DNA of 64,000 nt from Candidatus Palauibacter irciniicola. GTDB lineage: Bacteria; Gemmatimonadota; Gemmatimonadetes; Palauibacterales; Palauibacteraceae. How positions within the stretch are numbered: position 1 is the first letter of the stretch; each line of letters starts with the position of its first letter. Of this stretch, positions 1-8,914 are shown piece after piece. Both the position numbers and the translations under genes were made by a program. Where the stretch lies: NCBI GenBank assembly GCA_009836005.1, contig VXWG01000082.1:5017-69016 (forward strand), written 5' to 3'. The notes below the pieces were generated by a model. The model worked only from the letters and a program-made list of their open reading frames with translations. It was not told the origin of the DNA and did not search any database.

Positions 1-384
1 GTCGATGCGGCCTTCGAGCGGTACGGACGCGCGGCGGCGGACCGGCGCGTGGGAGGGGACCGCTGGCTTCGCTTCGAGGCTCTCAACTGGACGCTGCGCC
101 TGAGAGCCAGGCCGGATCGGATCGGCGGGCCGGCCCTCGTCCGGTCGTGGACGGCCGTCTTCGCGGAAGGATTCGACACGGTGCCGAAGGCGTTGCGCGC
201 ACTGGGATTGCCGCCTCCCGAGCCGTCGGCCGGGACACAGGAGATCCGCCGCCCGCTGCGCGACGGCGCCGGACGGGTGCATTCGCTGACCCTGTCGGTG
301 CGGCACGGTCGAATCCGTGCCGCGACCGGCTTCGATGAACCGCCCGACTGGGACGTTGAGACCCCGTTGCTGGATGATGTCTAA
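1..384 (+). CDS. C-terminal fragment of a hypothetical protein (5' end outside window)
   Basis: Frame +1 is open from nt 1 to TAA at 382-384. No motif recognised. Confidence 0.3.
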   Translation, partial: VDAAFERYGRAAADRRVGGDRWLRFEALNWTLRLRARPDRIGGPALVRSWTAVFAEGFDTVPKALRALGLPPPEPSAGTQEIRRPLRDGAGRVHSLTLSVRHGRIRAATGFDEPPDWDVETPLLDDV

Positions 385-493
385 TTGTGGGGTAACCGTC
401 CGCGGTCACCGGCGCCCCGCCGGAACCGCGGCCCGAGCAGCCCCACCGGAGGTGCTGCCGGAGGATCCAACCCGGGCGGAAGTGAGGAGAGGG

Positions 494-919
494 ATGAGGA
501 GAACGACGAGGAGTGATGCGGAGGGGTTCACGCTGATCGAGTTGCTGATCGTGGTCGTCATCATCGGCATTCTCGCGGCGATCGCGATTCCGCAGTTCAC
601 GAGCACGAAGGAGAAGGCGTTCGATGCCGCCGCGCAGAGCGACATTCGTAACCTGATGACGGCCGAGGAAGCGTACTTCTTCAACCACCAGGCGTATGCC
701 GCGATCGCCGTGGCCGCGGGGGGAGCGGGGGACCTGGACGGCGACGGCACTCCGGACTTCCAGGCCAGCACGAACGTCGCGCTGACGGTGACGGCCTATC
801 TGGACGGCTACCAGATCACGGCGAAACACGCATCCTCGCCGAACACATGGTGCGTCAATTCGTCGGCCGGCAACGCCTCGGGAGCCGTCGGACAGATCAT
901 CGAGGCTACCAGTTGCTAA
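494..919 (+). CDS. pilA: Type IVa major pilin
   Basis: ATG at 494 preceded by GAGGAGAGGG. Prepilin N-terminus has G|FTLIELLIVVVIIGILAAIAIPQF. Two Cys lie near the C-terminus. Confidence 0.85.
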   Translation: MRRTTRSDAEGFTLIELLIVVVIIGILAAIAIPQFTSTKEKAFDAAAQSDIRNLMTAEEAYFFNHQAYAAIAVAAGGAGDLDGDGTPDFQASTNVALTVTAYLDGYQITAKHASSPNTWCVNSSAGNASGAVGQIIEATSC

Positions 920-1001
920 CAGCCGTTGATGCGCCGTTGACACGGGGGACCATGCTTACGGAAACAGTCGGCAACGCTCATTCAGGAAGAGGGAGCACCC
1001 C

Positions 1002-1469
1002 GTGCAGCAAGACGGATCACGTAGACCGCCCGGACCGCACGCAGGGCGGAGTGGGTTCAGTCTGGTGGAGGTCGCGGTCGCGCTGGCGGTCGCAGGATTG
1101 GCCGCGACCTTCATCATCTCTCGCGAACCCCTCGCCCGTTTCAGCCTGACGCGAGCCGCCCGCGTGGCGGAGTCGCAACTCACGCTGGCACGTCTCCACG
1201 CCGTGGCGACCCATGTGCCGACTGCGGTGACACTCGCGGGGACCCGGCTCGAAGTATCGCGGCGGGGAGGGTCGCTGCTGTCTCGCGTCGACCTCGGGAG
1301 ACACGTTCTCGGTCGGCTCGACTCGCTGCGGCTGCAGCCCTCAACTCTCCGTTTCAACGCGCGGGGACACGGATCCCCCGGCAGCGTCTACCTGTATCGT
1401 GGCGGGCGAGGCATTCGGCTGGTGTCGAACTTCGTGGGCCAGGTTCGCACGGAGACTTTTCGACATTGA
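1002..1469 (+). CDS. GspH/FimT-like minor pilin
   Basis: GTG start after GGAAGAGGGAG. Prepilin-type GFSLVEVAVALAVAGL N-terminus. Stop overlaps the next start (TTGA). Confidence 0.65.
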   Translation: MQQDGSRRPPGPHAGRSGFSLVEVAVALAVAGLAATFIISREPLARFSLTRAARVAESQLTLARLHAVATHVPTAVTLAGTRLEVSRRGGSLLSRVDLGRHVLGRLDSLRLQPSTLRFNARGHGSPGSVYLYRGGRGIRLVSNFVGQVRTETFRH

Positions 1470-1834
1470 AGACCGCGGGCTTCAGTCTGGTCGAGGTGCT
1501 GCTGGCCATCGTCGTGACGTCCGTCGGAGTCCTTGGCGCGGCGGGCGTAGTGCTCGGGGTCGGTTCGCAGGCGCTCCGTGCGGCGTGGGAAACGGAGCAC
1601 GCCCTCGCGGGTCGAAACGCCGTGGAGTCGCTTGTGCGGGCCGGACATGCCGCCGCGGCTTCCCGCACGAGCGCTGCCGACATCGGCGGACGTCGATTCG
1701 ATGTGTCGCTCGATGTGACCGCACGGTCGCCGCGGCTCAAGCACGCGCGAGTGACGGTGTCGTTGCCGCCGGCCCCGGAGGCGGAGCTCGAGATCGTCCT
1801 GTCGCGCCCTCGCCCGCTGCCCGCGGCGCCATGA
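1466..1834 (+). CDS. PilV-like minor pilin
   Basis: TTG start. N-terminus MKTAGFSLVEVLLAIVV is prepilin-like. Stop overlaps the next start (ATGA). Confidence 0.6.
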   Translation: MKTAGFSLVEVLLAIVVTSVGVLGAAGVVLGVGSQALRAAWETEHALAGRNAVESLVRAGHAAAASRTSAADIGGRRFDVSLDVTARSPRLKHARVTVSLPPAPEAELEIVLSRPRPLPAAP

Positions 1835-2679
1835 GCGTGCCACGCCGCCTCGCGCCGGCCAGGGCCTGCCGCCAGGAGGGGTTCACGCTCGCCGAGATGC
1901 TGGTCGCGCTGACAGGGGCCGGTCTGCTCATCGGCTTGCTCATCGGACTGCTGGGGAGTCAGAGCGCCTTCCATCTGCGTAATGAGGACACGATCCAGGC
2001 CTCGCAGATCGCGCGCGCTCTGTCTGATGGGCTGGGACCGGAGATCCGCGCCGCCGGGCCGGGCGACCTGCTGCTTGCGACACCCGACACGGTGTCCATC
2101 CGCGTGGACGTGTTGAGGGCCGTCGTATGTGGTACGGCGAGCGGCGGCTCCGTCGATCTCTTCGCCTACGATTCGATCGCCGCAAACCTTCAGTCCGGGT
2201 GGCGCGGCACGGCGCTTTCCGGACCGTACTCGGCGGCCTGGGTCTACACGGACGGACTTACGCCCGTTTCCGGTGTTTCGGCGGCGGCGGAGGCCGCTTG
2301 CCGGGCGGCCGGGGCGGATCCGGCGAACCGGATGCCGACCCGGTGGTTCCGTCGCGCGAGCGGCTGGAGCGGAGGCCTCGCCCCGATGCCCGAGCCCGGC
2401 TCGCTCGCCCGCATCTACGGGCGCCTCACCTACGCCATCCACCGATCCGCTTCCGGGTCGGCGACGGTGTCTATCCGGCGCAACGGCCAGGAGTTCGTAT
2501 CCCCACTCGAGCCCGGCGCGGCGTTCGAGTACCGGTTGTCGAGCGGCGCGATCCAGGCCCGCGTATCGACCGGGGCTCTTTCCCGCGTGCGCGAGGTCCG
2601 GCTGACCGGTACGGCCATCGGCCGAAACGGGCGCGCCGGGGGTCGGCGGGTCGTCTACGCGATGTCGCTCCGAAACTGA
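1831..2679 (+). CDS. PilW-like minor pilin
   Basis: Internal ATG at 1831 of the 1399..2679 ORF, followed by QEGFTLAEMLVALTGAGLLIGLL. The position after a PilV-like gene fits. Confidence 0.55.
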   Translation: MSVPRRLAPARACRQEGFTLAEMLVALTGAGLLIGLLIGLLGSQSAFHLRNEDTIQASQIARALSDGLGPEIRAAGPGDLLLATPDTVSIRVDVLRAVVCGTASGGSVDLFAYDSIAANLQSGWRGTALSGPYSAAWVYTDGLTPVSGVSAAAEAACRAAGADPANRMPTRWFRRASGWSGGLAPMPEPGSLARIYGRLTYAIHRSASGSATVSIRRNGQEFVSPLEPGAAFEYRLSSGAIQARVSTGALSRVREVRLTGTAIGRNGRAGGRRVVYAMSLRN

Positions 2680-2682
2680 CAC

Positions 2683-3642
2683 ATGGGGCGATTCGGATTG
2701 CGGCGCCGGAAAGCGACCGTCGGACTCGATATCGGCAGCGGCTTCAGCAAGGCCGCGGTGATCGAGCATGGCGAAAACGGGCCGCGCCTGACCGCCCTCG
2801 CGACCGCTGCCAACGAGCCGGACGCCGTGCGCGGTGGCACGATCCGGGAGCCGGAGCGCGTCGCCGACACGCTTTCCTCGATGTTCAGGCGGGAGCGAAT
2901 CAAGCCCCACGATGTCGTCATCGGCATCGGCGGGCGCGACGTCCTGAGCAAGGTGATCGAAATCGACCGGATGGATGAGGCGGAGGCCCGCGCCGTGATG
3001 CCGTGGGAAGCCGAGCAGCACGTCCCCTTCGACATGAAGAACGTGGAACTGGACTTCGCGATCATCGATCCGAAGGGCGAAGGCTCGACGATGACCGTGT
3101 TGCTGGCGGCGGCGAAGCGCGACGTCGTCCAGACGCGGGTCGCACTCCTGCGGCGGGCCGACCTGAACCCCACGGTCATCGACGTGGAAGCCCTGGCCCT
3201 TCGCAACGCCTTCGAGGCGAACCATCCGACCGCCATGAAGGGTGTGACCGTGCTGGTCGACATCGGGGTCCAGTCGACGGCCATACACCTGCTCCGAAAC
3301 GGACTTCCCCTGCTGACCCGGGAACTGGCCATCGGCGCTCCGACCGCGAACGAGCTGGACGAGTGCGCCCGCCGGATCGCGCGCGGCATCGACCGGGCGG
3401 GGGCGTTCGTAGAGACAGGACCGGGGATCGCACGCGCCTACCTGTGCGGGGGAGGAGCCACGGCGTCCGGACTGGTCGAGATCCTCGCAGATACAACCGG
3501 CGTCGAAACGCGCCTCGCGAGTGCGTTCGAACGCATCGAGGTTGCGCCCGATGTCGCGGACCGGGCAGACCTGGGCTCGGTGGCGCCGCTGCTCATGCTC
3601 TCGGTCGGGCTGGCCCTCAGGTCCCCGGTCCGGGGTGCCTGA
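2683..3642 (+). CDS. pilM: Type IV pilus assembly protein PilM (actin-like ATPase fold)
   Basis: N-terminal VGLDIGSGFSKAAV, 319 aa, followed directly by pilNOPQ. Confidence 0.85.
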   Translation: MGRFGLRRRKATVGLDIGSGFSKAAVIEHGENGPRLTALATAANEPDAVRGGTIREPERVADTLSSMFRRERIKPHDVVIGIGGRDVLSKVIEIDRMDEAEARAVMPWEAEQHVPFDMKNVELDFAIIDPKGEGSTMTVLLAAAKRDVVQTRVALLRRADLNPTVIDVEALALRNAFEANHPTAMKGVTVLVDIGVQSTAIHLLRNGLPLLTRELAIGAPTANELDECARRIARGIDRAGAFVETGPGIARAYLCGGGATASGLVEILADTTGVETRLASAFERIEVAPDVADRADLGSVAPLLMLSVGLALRSPVRGA

Positions 3643-3664
3643 CCGTGGAGAGGCGGGAACGGCC

Positions 3665-4285
3665 ATGATCGAGATCAACCTTCTGCCCGACTCCCCGCGT
3701 GCGCGGCAAGGGTTCGTGACCGACGAGACTGCCGGGAGCGTCCTCCGCATCGACGTTTGGGGTGTCGCACTGCTGATTTCGGCGCTGACGATCCTGCCGG
3801 GCACGGCCGCGCTGTGGTGGCTGCAGCGGACCGAAGCCCGGGAACTCGGGGCGCGTCTCGAAGCGGTCGTGGCGGACTCGGCGCGGCTCGCCGAGCTCCG
3901 GGCCGCAAGTGACAGTCTGACGGAAAGGTCTCGCGAGATCCGCGAGCGTGTCGCACTGGTCGAACAGCTGGACCGGGACCGGTTCGCGTGGCCGCACCTG
4001 ATGGACGAAATCAGCCGCGCGCTCCCGCCCCCGGCCTGGCTGACTTCGCTGCGTCAACTGTCGGCGCCGCCCGACCTTGCGGTCGAACTCCAGGGCGTTG
4101 CGGGCAATCCGCTCGCGATCACGGAGTTCGTCCGAGGCCTGGGGATGTCGAACCACATCGCCGATGTGAAGATCATCGGAAGCCAGCAGCAGGGGTCCGA
4201 TTCCGATCAGGGCTCCCGGCAGGCCTTCACCCTCGTGCTTCGGTTCGCCCATGCCCCCGCCCTGCGGCGGGTCGAGCCCACCTGA
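3665..4285 (+). CDS. pilN: Type IV pilus assembly protein PilN
   Basis: ATG at 3665 gives MIEINLLP (the INLLP hallmark), one TM helix and a coiled coil. Confidence 0.7.
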   Translation: MIEINLLPDSPRARQGFVTDETAGSVLRIDVWGVALLISALTILPGTAALWWLQRTEARELGARLEAVVADSARLAELRAASDSLTERSREIRERVALVEQLDRDRFAWPHLMDEISRALPPPAWLTSLRQLSAPPDLAVELQGVAGNPLAITEFVRGLGMSNHIADVKIIGSQQQGSDSDQGSRQAFTLVLRFAHAPALRRVEPT

Positions 4286-4287
4286 CC

Positions 4288-4872
4288 GTGCTGCCCAGGG
4301 ATCCCCGCGCTCAGTACCGGGTGCTTGGGCTCATACTCCTGCTGGGCTGTGGGACGGCCTTCCAGCTGCGCTTCTGGAACCCGCGCAAGGCGGAACTGGC
4401 CGCGTTGGCGGAGCGGGTGGAGCGGGCCGAGCGGGTTAACGCGATCGCCGAGCTGGGTGACGGCACCCTGGATGCGATGCGCGAGGATCTCGCGCTCGGT
4501 GAACGGCAACTCGCGGAGCTGCAACGGCTTGTTCCGCGAGAGGGTGAGGTCGAGGCCATCTATGAAGCCATCGCGGCCGAAACGCAGTCGCTGGGCCTCG
4601 AACTCGTCCACGCACTGCCCGCCGATCCCGTGGCCGACTCCACCGGGTACTTCGTGCGGCAGCAGTGGGCGCTTCAGGTCGAGGGGGCCTACCACGATGT
4701 CGGGACGCTCCTGACGCGAATCGCCGGCTTCGCCCGCCTCGTCCGGCCCGAGGTCGACGAGATCGTCCCTTCCCGGATCGCCGACTCGGGGCGGCAACTC
4801 GTACACGTCCGCTTCAGCCTCGAGACCTTCGTGCTGCCGCCCGAGGACATCCCTTCGCCGGAGGCAAGATGA
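4288..4872 (+). CDS. pilO: Type IV pilus assembly protein PilO
   Basis: In-frame GTG at 4288 just after the pilN stop. TM helix plus coiled coil. Position in the pilMNOPQ order fits. Confidence 0.6.
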   Translation: MLPRDPRAQYRVLGLILLLGCGTAFQLRFWNPRKAELAALAERVERAERVNAIAELGDGTLDAMREDLALGERQLAELQRLVPREGEVEAIYEAIAAETQSLGLELVHALPADPVADSTGYFVRQQWALQVEGAYHDVGTLLTRIAGFARLVRPEVDEIVPSRIADSGRQLVHVRFSLETFVLPPEDIPSPEAR

Positions 4873-5273
4873 ATCGCCTGACTCTTGCCGCGGTGCTCGC
4901 CGCGACGTGCGGGACCGGGCCGTGGGAGGTCGCGGCACAGACGCGACCGCCGATCTACGAGCGGGAGGTCTTCACCTACCCCGCCTTCGACCGCCGCGAC
5001 CCGTTCCAGCCGCTTCACCTCGACACGCGGGCGGGGCCCCGTTTCGACGACCTTGCGCTGGTCGGCGTGCTGTACACCCCGCAACTCGGAAGCGTGGCGA
5101 TTCTGATCGATCGAACGACCGGGCGGCGCTACCGTGCCCGCGAACGCGACAACATCGGCGCGGCCCGGGTCTTACAAATCCGTACGGAGGAGGTGGATTT
5201 CGTGATCACGAGCTTCGGGGTCAGCCGTCGCGAGACGCTGCGCGTACGGCGCGAACGGGGGACAGGAGCATGA
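4869..5273 (+). CDS. pilP: PilP-like pilot lipoprotein
   Basis: ATG at 4869 overlaps the pilO stop (ATGA). Signal peptide with Cys (LAATCG), an RDPF motif, and position before pilQ. Confidence 0.55.
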   Translation: MNRLTLAAVLAATCGTGPWEVAAQTRPPIYEREVFTYPAFDRRDPFQPLHLDTRAGPRFDDLALVGVLYTPQLGSVAILIDRTTGRRYRARERDNIGAARVLQIRTEEVDFVITSFGVSRRETLRVRRERGTGA

Positions 5274-7033
5274 TCTCGCGCATCATTCTCCCCTTCGCCG
5301 TAGCGCTTGCGGCGACGCCCGCAGCCGATATGCGGGAAGTGAGGATCGCGCCGGAGGGGACGGACACCGAGATCACGGTGGTCCTCGACGGACCGGCCAC
5401 GCACCGCCACATGATGCTCACCAACCCGCCGCGGCTGCTCCTGGACATCAGGGGGGCGAATGCGGGACTGGCGCAGGGCCGCTACAACCGGATCGACCGC
5501 GGCGGAGTGCTCGGCCTGCGTTCAACCCAGTTCCGGCCCGAGACGATACGGCTCGTGTTCGACCTCGATCGGCAAGTCGCCTACCGCGTCGCCGCGGACT
5601 CCGGAGCGATTCGCGTGACCTTCCGCAACCCCGGGCCGCCATTTCCGGCCTGGTCCACGACGGATGTTCCGGAGGCTTCCGAGACGGAGGTCCAGGGTGT
5701 TGCCGCACCGCTGCCCGTCGTGCCGGAGACCGAACCGCGCATCTCGGTGGTGTACGACAGCGCCAGCATGTTCGACGTCCTCGCCGGGTTCTCCGAGTTC
5801 GCGGACATCTCCGTCGTCCCGAACGGGGATGTCGCGTCCGTCATCGTTCGAGGCATCGACATCCGCGACCAGCCGTGGGACGTGGCGCTCAACGCGATCC
5901 TGTCGGCCCAGAACCTCGGCTGGCACCGGACCGAGAGCGGAATCATCGTCGTGGACTGGCTGGAGAACCTCCAGGCGCGGGATCAACTGCTCAGCGAGAC
6001 GCGCGTGATCCGGGTCAACTACGCGCGGGCGGATTCCGTGGCCGAGACGCTCCGACACCTGGCCACGCCCAACCGCGGCCAGGTCGTGTCTTTCTCGGGC
6101 AGCAACACCGTCATTGTGACCGACGCACCGTCCGTCGTCGCGCGGATGGATACGATCATCGCGGCGCTGGACCGGCGGCTCCCCCAGGTCGCGATCGAGG
6201 CGAAGATCGTGTTCGTCGATCGGACGGACGTGCAGCAACTGGGGATCGTGTACGACCTCAAGGAGCGGAACGGCGACGTCGTGGAGCAGGGCCTCAACGA
6301 CTTCATCGCGGTGCCCGATCCCAACGCGCCGCCCCAACTCGTGGATGTGGACGGCGACGGCACCGTCGATCAGGGGTTTGTCCGGCGGACGAACGAAACG
6401 CTCGTGAGCCTGGGAGGTTCCGCGGTCGCGGCGTTGGCGAACGCGAACGATCGTCCGATCGGGCCCGCCCTCCAGATTCTGACGGCCGTGGCGTTCGGGG
6501 AGTTCTCCCTCTTCTCGTTCCTCGAAGCGCTCGAGTCCCACCAGTTGTCGGACGTCCAGGCGGCGCCCTCGATCCAGGTCGTGGACCACGCGCACGCAAG
6601 GATCCAGGTCGGCGAACGCACCCCGATCCGGGTCCTGGAGCCGGGAGCCCAGACCGAGTCCGCGCGGGTCAATGTCGACTTCGAGGACACGGGGATCATT
6701 CTGGATGTCGTGCCGCACGTGACGAACAACGACCAGATCCGGCTGGAACTGATGGCCGAACGGTCCGGTCTGAAGCTCGGACTCTCGGATGTGGGCTTCG
6801 TGTTCGAGAAGCAGATTGGTGAGACGACACTGCTGCTCGATGACGGCGAAACCGCCGTGATCGGCGGGCTCACGCTGAGCGAGGTGAGCCGGAGCCGCAG
6901 CGGGATTCCCGGGCTGATGAACCTCCCGCTGATCGGAAATCTGTTCCGAAGCACCAAGGAGAACGAAGTGAAGCAGGACCTCATTATCCTCGTCACGCCC
7001 CACATCGTCCGGCGCCGGCCCGGGGGTCGCTAG
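5270..7033 (+). CDS. pilQ: Type IV pilus secretin PilQ (AMIN domain plus secretin)
   Basis: ATG at 5270 overlaps the pilP stop. Contains an AMIN-like N-domain and the C-terminal secretin motif GETAVIGGL...IPGLMNLPLIGNLF. Confidence 0.9.
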   Translation: MISRIILPFAVALAATPAADMREVRIAPEGTDTEITVVLDGPATHRHMMLTNPPRLLLDIRGANAGLAQGRYNRIDRGGVLGLRSTQFRPETIRLVFDLDRQVAYRVAADSGAIRVTFRNPGPPFPAWSTTDVPEASETEVQGVAAPLPVVPETEPRISVVYDSASMFDVLAGFSEFADISVVPNGDVASVIVRGIDIRDQPWDVALNAILSAQNLGWHRTESGIIVVDWLENLQARDQLLSETRVIRVNYARADSVAETLRHLATPNRGQVVSFSGSNTVIVTDAPSVVARMDTIIAALDRRLPQVAIEAKIVFVDRTDVQQLGIVYDLKERNGDVVEQGLNDFIAVPDPNAPPQLVDVDGDGTVDQGFVRRTNETLVSLGGSAVAALANANDRPIGPALQILTAVAFGEFSLFSFLEALESHQLSDVQAAPSIQVVDHAHARIQVGERTPIRVLEPGAQTESARVNVDFEDTGIILDVVPHVTNNDQIRLELMAERSGLKLGLSDVGFVFEKQIGETTLLLDDGETAVIGGLTLSEVSRSRSGIPGLMNLPLIGNLFRSTKENEVKQDLIILVTPHIVRRRPGGR

Positions 7034-7062
7034 GAGGGCGGCAGGTTGCGGCTCCCGCCCTC
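7034..7062 (+). terminator. Possible pilQ terminator hairpin
   Basis: GAGGGCGG (7034-7041) pairs with CCGCCCTC (7055-7062). A CTTTT run lies about 10 nt downstream. Confidence 0.35.
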
Positions 7063-7139
7063 GGCGCATCCTTTTCCCGCCGTTGGAACGGCCGTTCGAT
7101 GAGGAGAGGTCCACGCGATGTTCACGCGATGAGGACGGA

Positions 7140-8327
7140 ATGCTGAGGTGTCTGAGGTTGACCACGGCGGGCGAAACGCACGGCCCCGCCGTGGTCGCCG
7201 TACTGGAGGGGATCCCCGCCGGATTGGCGCTCGCGCCCGACGATATCGCGCGGGAGCTGGCGCGCCGGCAGGGCGGGCACGGCCGCGGGGGCCGCATGAA
7301 GATCGAGAAGGACGTGGGCGAGATCTTCGGCGGCGTCCGCCTCGGGGAGACGCTGGGGGCTCCGGTCGCGATCCGGATCCCCAACCGCGACTTCAGGAAC
7401 TGGGGCGCGGCGATGGCGGTCGAGGCGCCGGAGGTGGACGACGACGAACTCCTGCGCCGGGTGTACCTGCCGCGGCCGGGACACGCCGACCTCGCGGGGA
7501 TGCTCAAGTACGGACGGAAGGACGCCCGCGACATCCTCGAGCGGGCGAGCGCGCGGGAGACCGCCGCGCGCGTCGCCGCCGGGGCCGTGGCCAAGCGGTT
7601 GCTGGGCGAGTTCGGCGTGCGCGTCGAGAGTCACGTGGTGTCGATCGGTCCGGCGGAGGCGCCGCCCGGGTTGCCGCTGCCGGAGGATCTGCTGGCCGTG
7701 GCCGACGCGTCGCCCGTGCGCTGCATCGACCCCGATGCGACCGCCGCGATGGTCGACGCGATCGATGCGGCCCGCCGCGCCGGCGACTCGCTGGGAGGCG
7801 TGTTCGAGGTCGTCGCGCGTGGCGTGCCCGTGGGCCTCGGGAGCCACGTCACGTGGGAGACCCGCCTCGGCGGTCGCATCGGTGGCGCGATGATGTCGAT
7901 CCACGCGATGAAGGGCGTCGAGATCGGAATGGGATTCGAAGCCGCGCGTCACCGGGGGTCCGATGTCCACGACGAGATCGAAAGGGACCCGGCGCGTGGC
8001 GGGAGCGGAGGCTACAGGCGGCGGCGGAACAACGCCGGAGGCCTGGAAGGCGGCATGACGACGGGAGGCGACATCGTCGCCCGCGTGGCGATGAAGCCGC
8101 TCAGTTCGCTGCGCCGCCCTCTGGACAGCGTGGACACCCGGACCGGAGAACCCGCCAAGGCGGTCCTCGAGCGAAGCGACGTGTGCGCGGTGCCCGCCGC
8201 CGGGATCGTCGGGGAGGCGATGATGGCGCTGGTGCTGGCGGACGCGTGGATCGAGAAGTTCGGCGGCGACAGCCTCGCGGAGATGCGGTCCAACGTGGAG
8301 AGCTACCTCGCCCGGGTCGGGACGTGA
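7140..8327 (+). CDS. aroC: Chorismate synthase
   Basis: MLRCLRLTTAGETHGPAVVAVLEGIPAGL N-terminus, GGHGRGGRMKIE, and GRPGHADL-type motifs. Confidence 0.9.
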   Translation: MLRCLRLTTAGETHGPAVVAVLEGIPAGLALAPDDIARELARRQGGHGRGGRMKIEKDVGEIFGGVRLGETLGAPVAIRIPNRDFRNWGAAMAVEAPEVDDDELLRRVYLPRPGHADLAGMLKYGRKDARDILERASARETAARVAAGAVAKRLLGEFGVRVESHVVSIGPAEAPPGLPLPEDLLAVADASPVRCIDPDATAAMVDAIDAARRAGDSLGGVFEVVARGVPVGLGSHVTWETRLGGRIGGAMMSIHAMKGVEIGMGFEAARHRGSDVHDEIERDPARGGSGGYRRRRNNAGGLEGGMTTGGDIVARVAMKPLSSLRRPLDSVDTRTGEPAKAVLERSDVCAVPAAGIVGEAMMALVLADAWIEKFGGDSLAEMRSNVESYLARVGT

Positions 8328-8328
8328 C

Positions 8329-8904
8329 GTGTCGAGTGTGCCCCGAAAGATCTGGCTCGTCGGCCTCTCCGGATCGGGGAAGAGCACCATAGGCCCGATC
8401 CTGGCGCGGCGTTTGGGCTACCGGTTCGTCGACCTGGACCGCGAGATCGAAGCGCGAGCCGGCGAATCGATCTCCCGCATGTTCCGTCGCCGCGGGGAAG
8501 GCGAGTTCCGGCGGCTCGAGGCCGACGAGTCCGCCCGCATGGCCCGAAAAAAGAACGTCGTCGTCGCGACCGGAGGCGGGTGGATGGCGCGCCGGGACAT
8601 CGACCGTGCGTCCGGCGGCCGGGTACGCGTCTGGTTGCGCGTGCGCCCCGAGACCGCGATCCATCGCCTCTCCCGGGAGGGCGCCGAGGCCCGGCCTCTG
8701 CTGGCCGGAAGCGACCCCGAGGCCGCGCTCGCCACGCTGCTCGCGGCGCGGGAGGCCGCATACGCGGAGGCCGAAGTGGTGCTGGAGACGGATGGAAGGG
8801 AACCGGAAGCCGTGGTGGAGGTAGCGCTGAGGAGTCTGCGGCATTTCGCCGCCGGCCCGCAGGCGGACGGGGAAGGACCGACGGCAGGACAACAGGAGAG
8901 TTGA
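8329..8904 (+). CDS. aroK: Shikimate kinase
   Basis: GTG start. IWLVGLSGSGKSTIGPILARRLGYRFVDLD contains the P-loop and the kinase motif. Confidence 0.85.
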   Translation: MSSVPRKIWLVGLSGSGKSTIGPILARRLGYRFVDLDREIEARAGESISRMFRRRGEGEFRRLEADESARMARKKNVVVATGGGWMARRDIDRASGGRVRVWLRVRPETAIHRLSREGAEARPLLAGSDPEAALATLLAAREAAYAEAEVVLETDGREPEAVVEVALRSLRHFAAGPQADGEGPTAGQQES

Positions 8905-8914
8905 GAGACCGCCC

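Noticed and set aside
1354-3804. 816-aa minus-strand ORF, together with similar long ORFs at 83..943, 5522..7594, 7122..8390 and 8303..11314, lying opposite the pilus, aroC and topA genes
   Set aside because: They are antisense to genes with clear family motifs. Their Arg/Pro/Gly/Ala-rich low-complexity translations are typical of stop-codon-poor frames in ~70% GC DNA. No motif was recognised.
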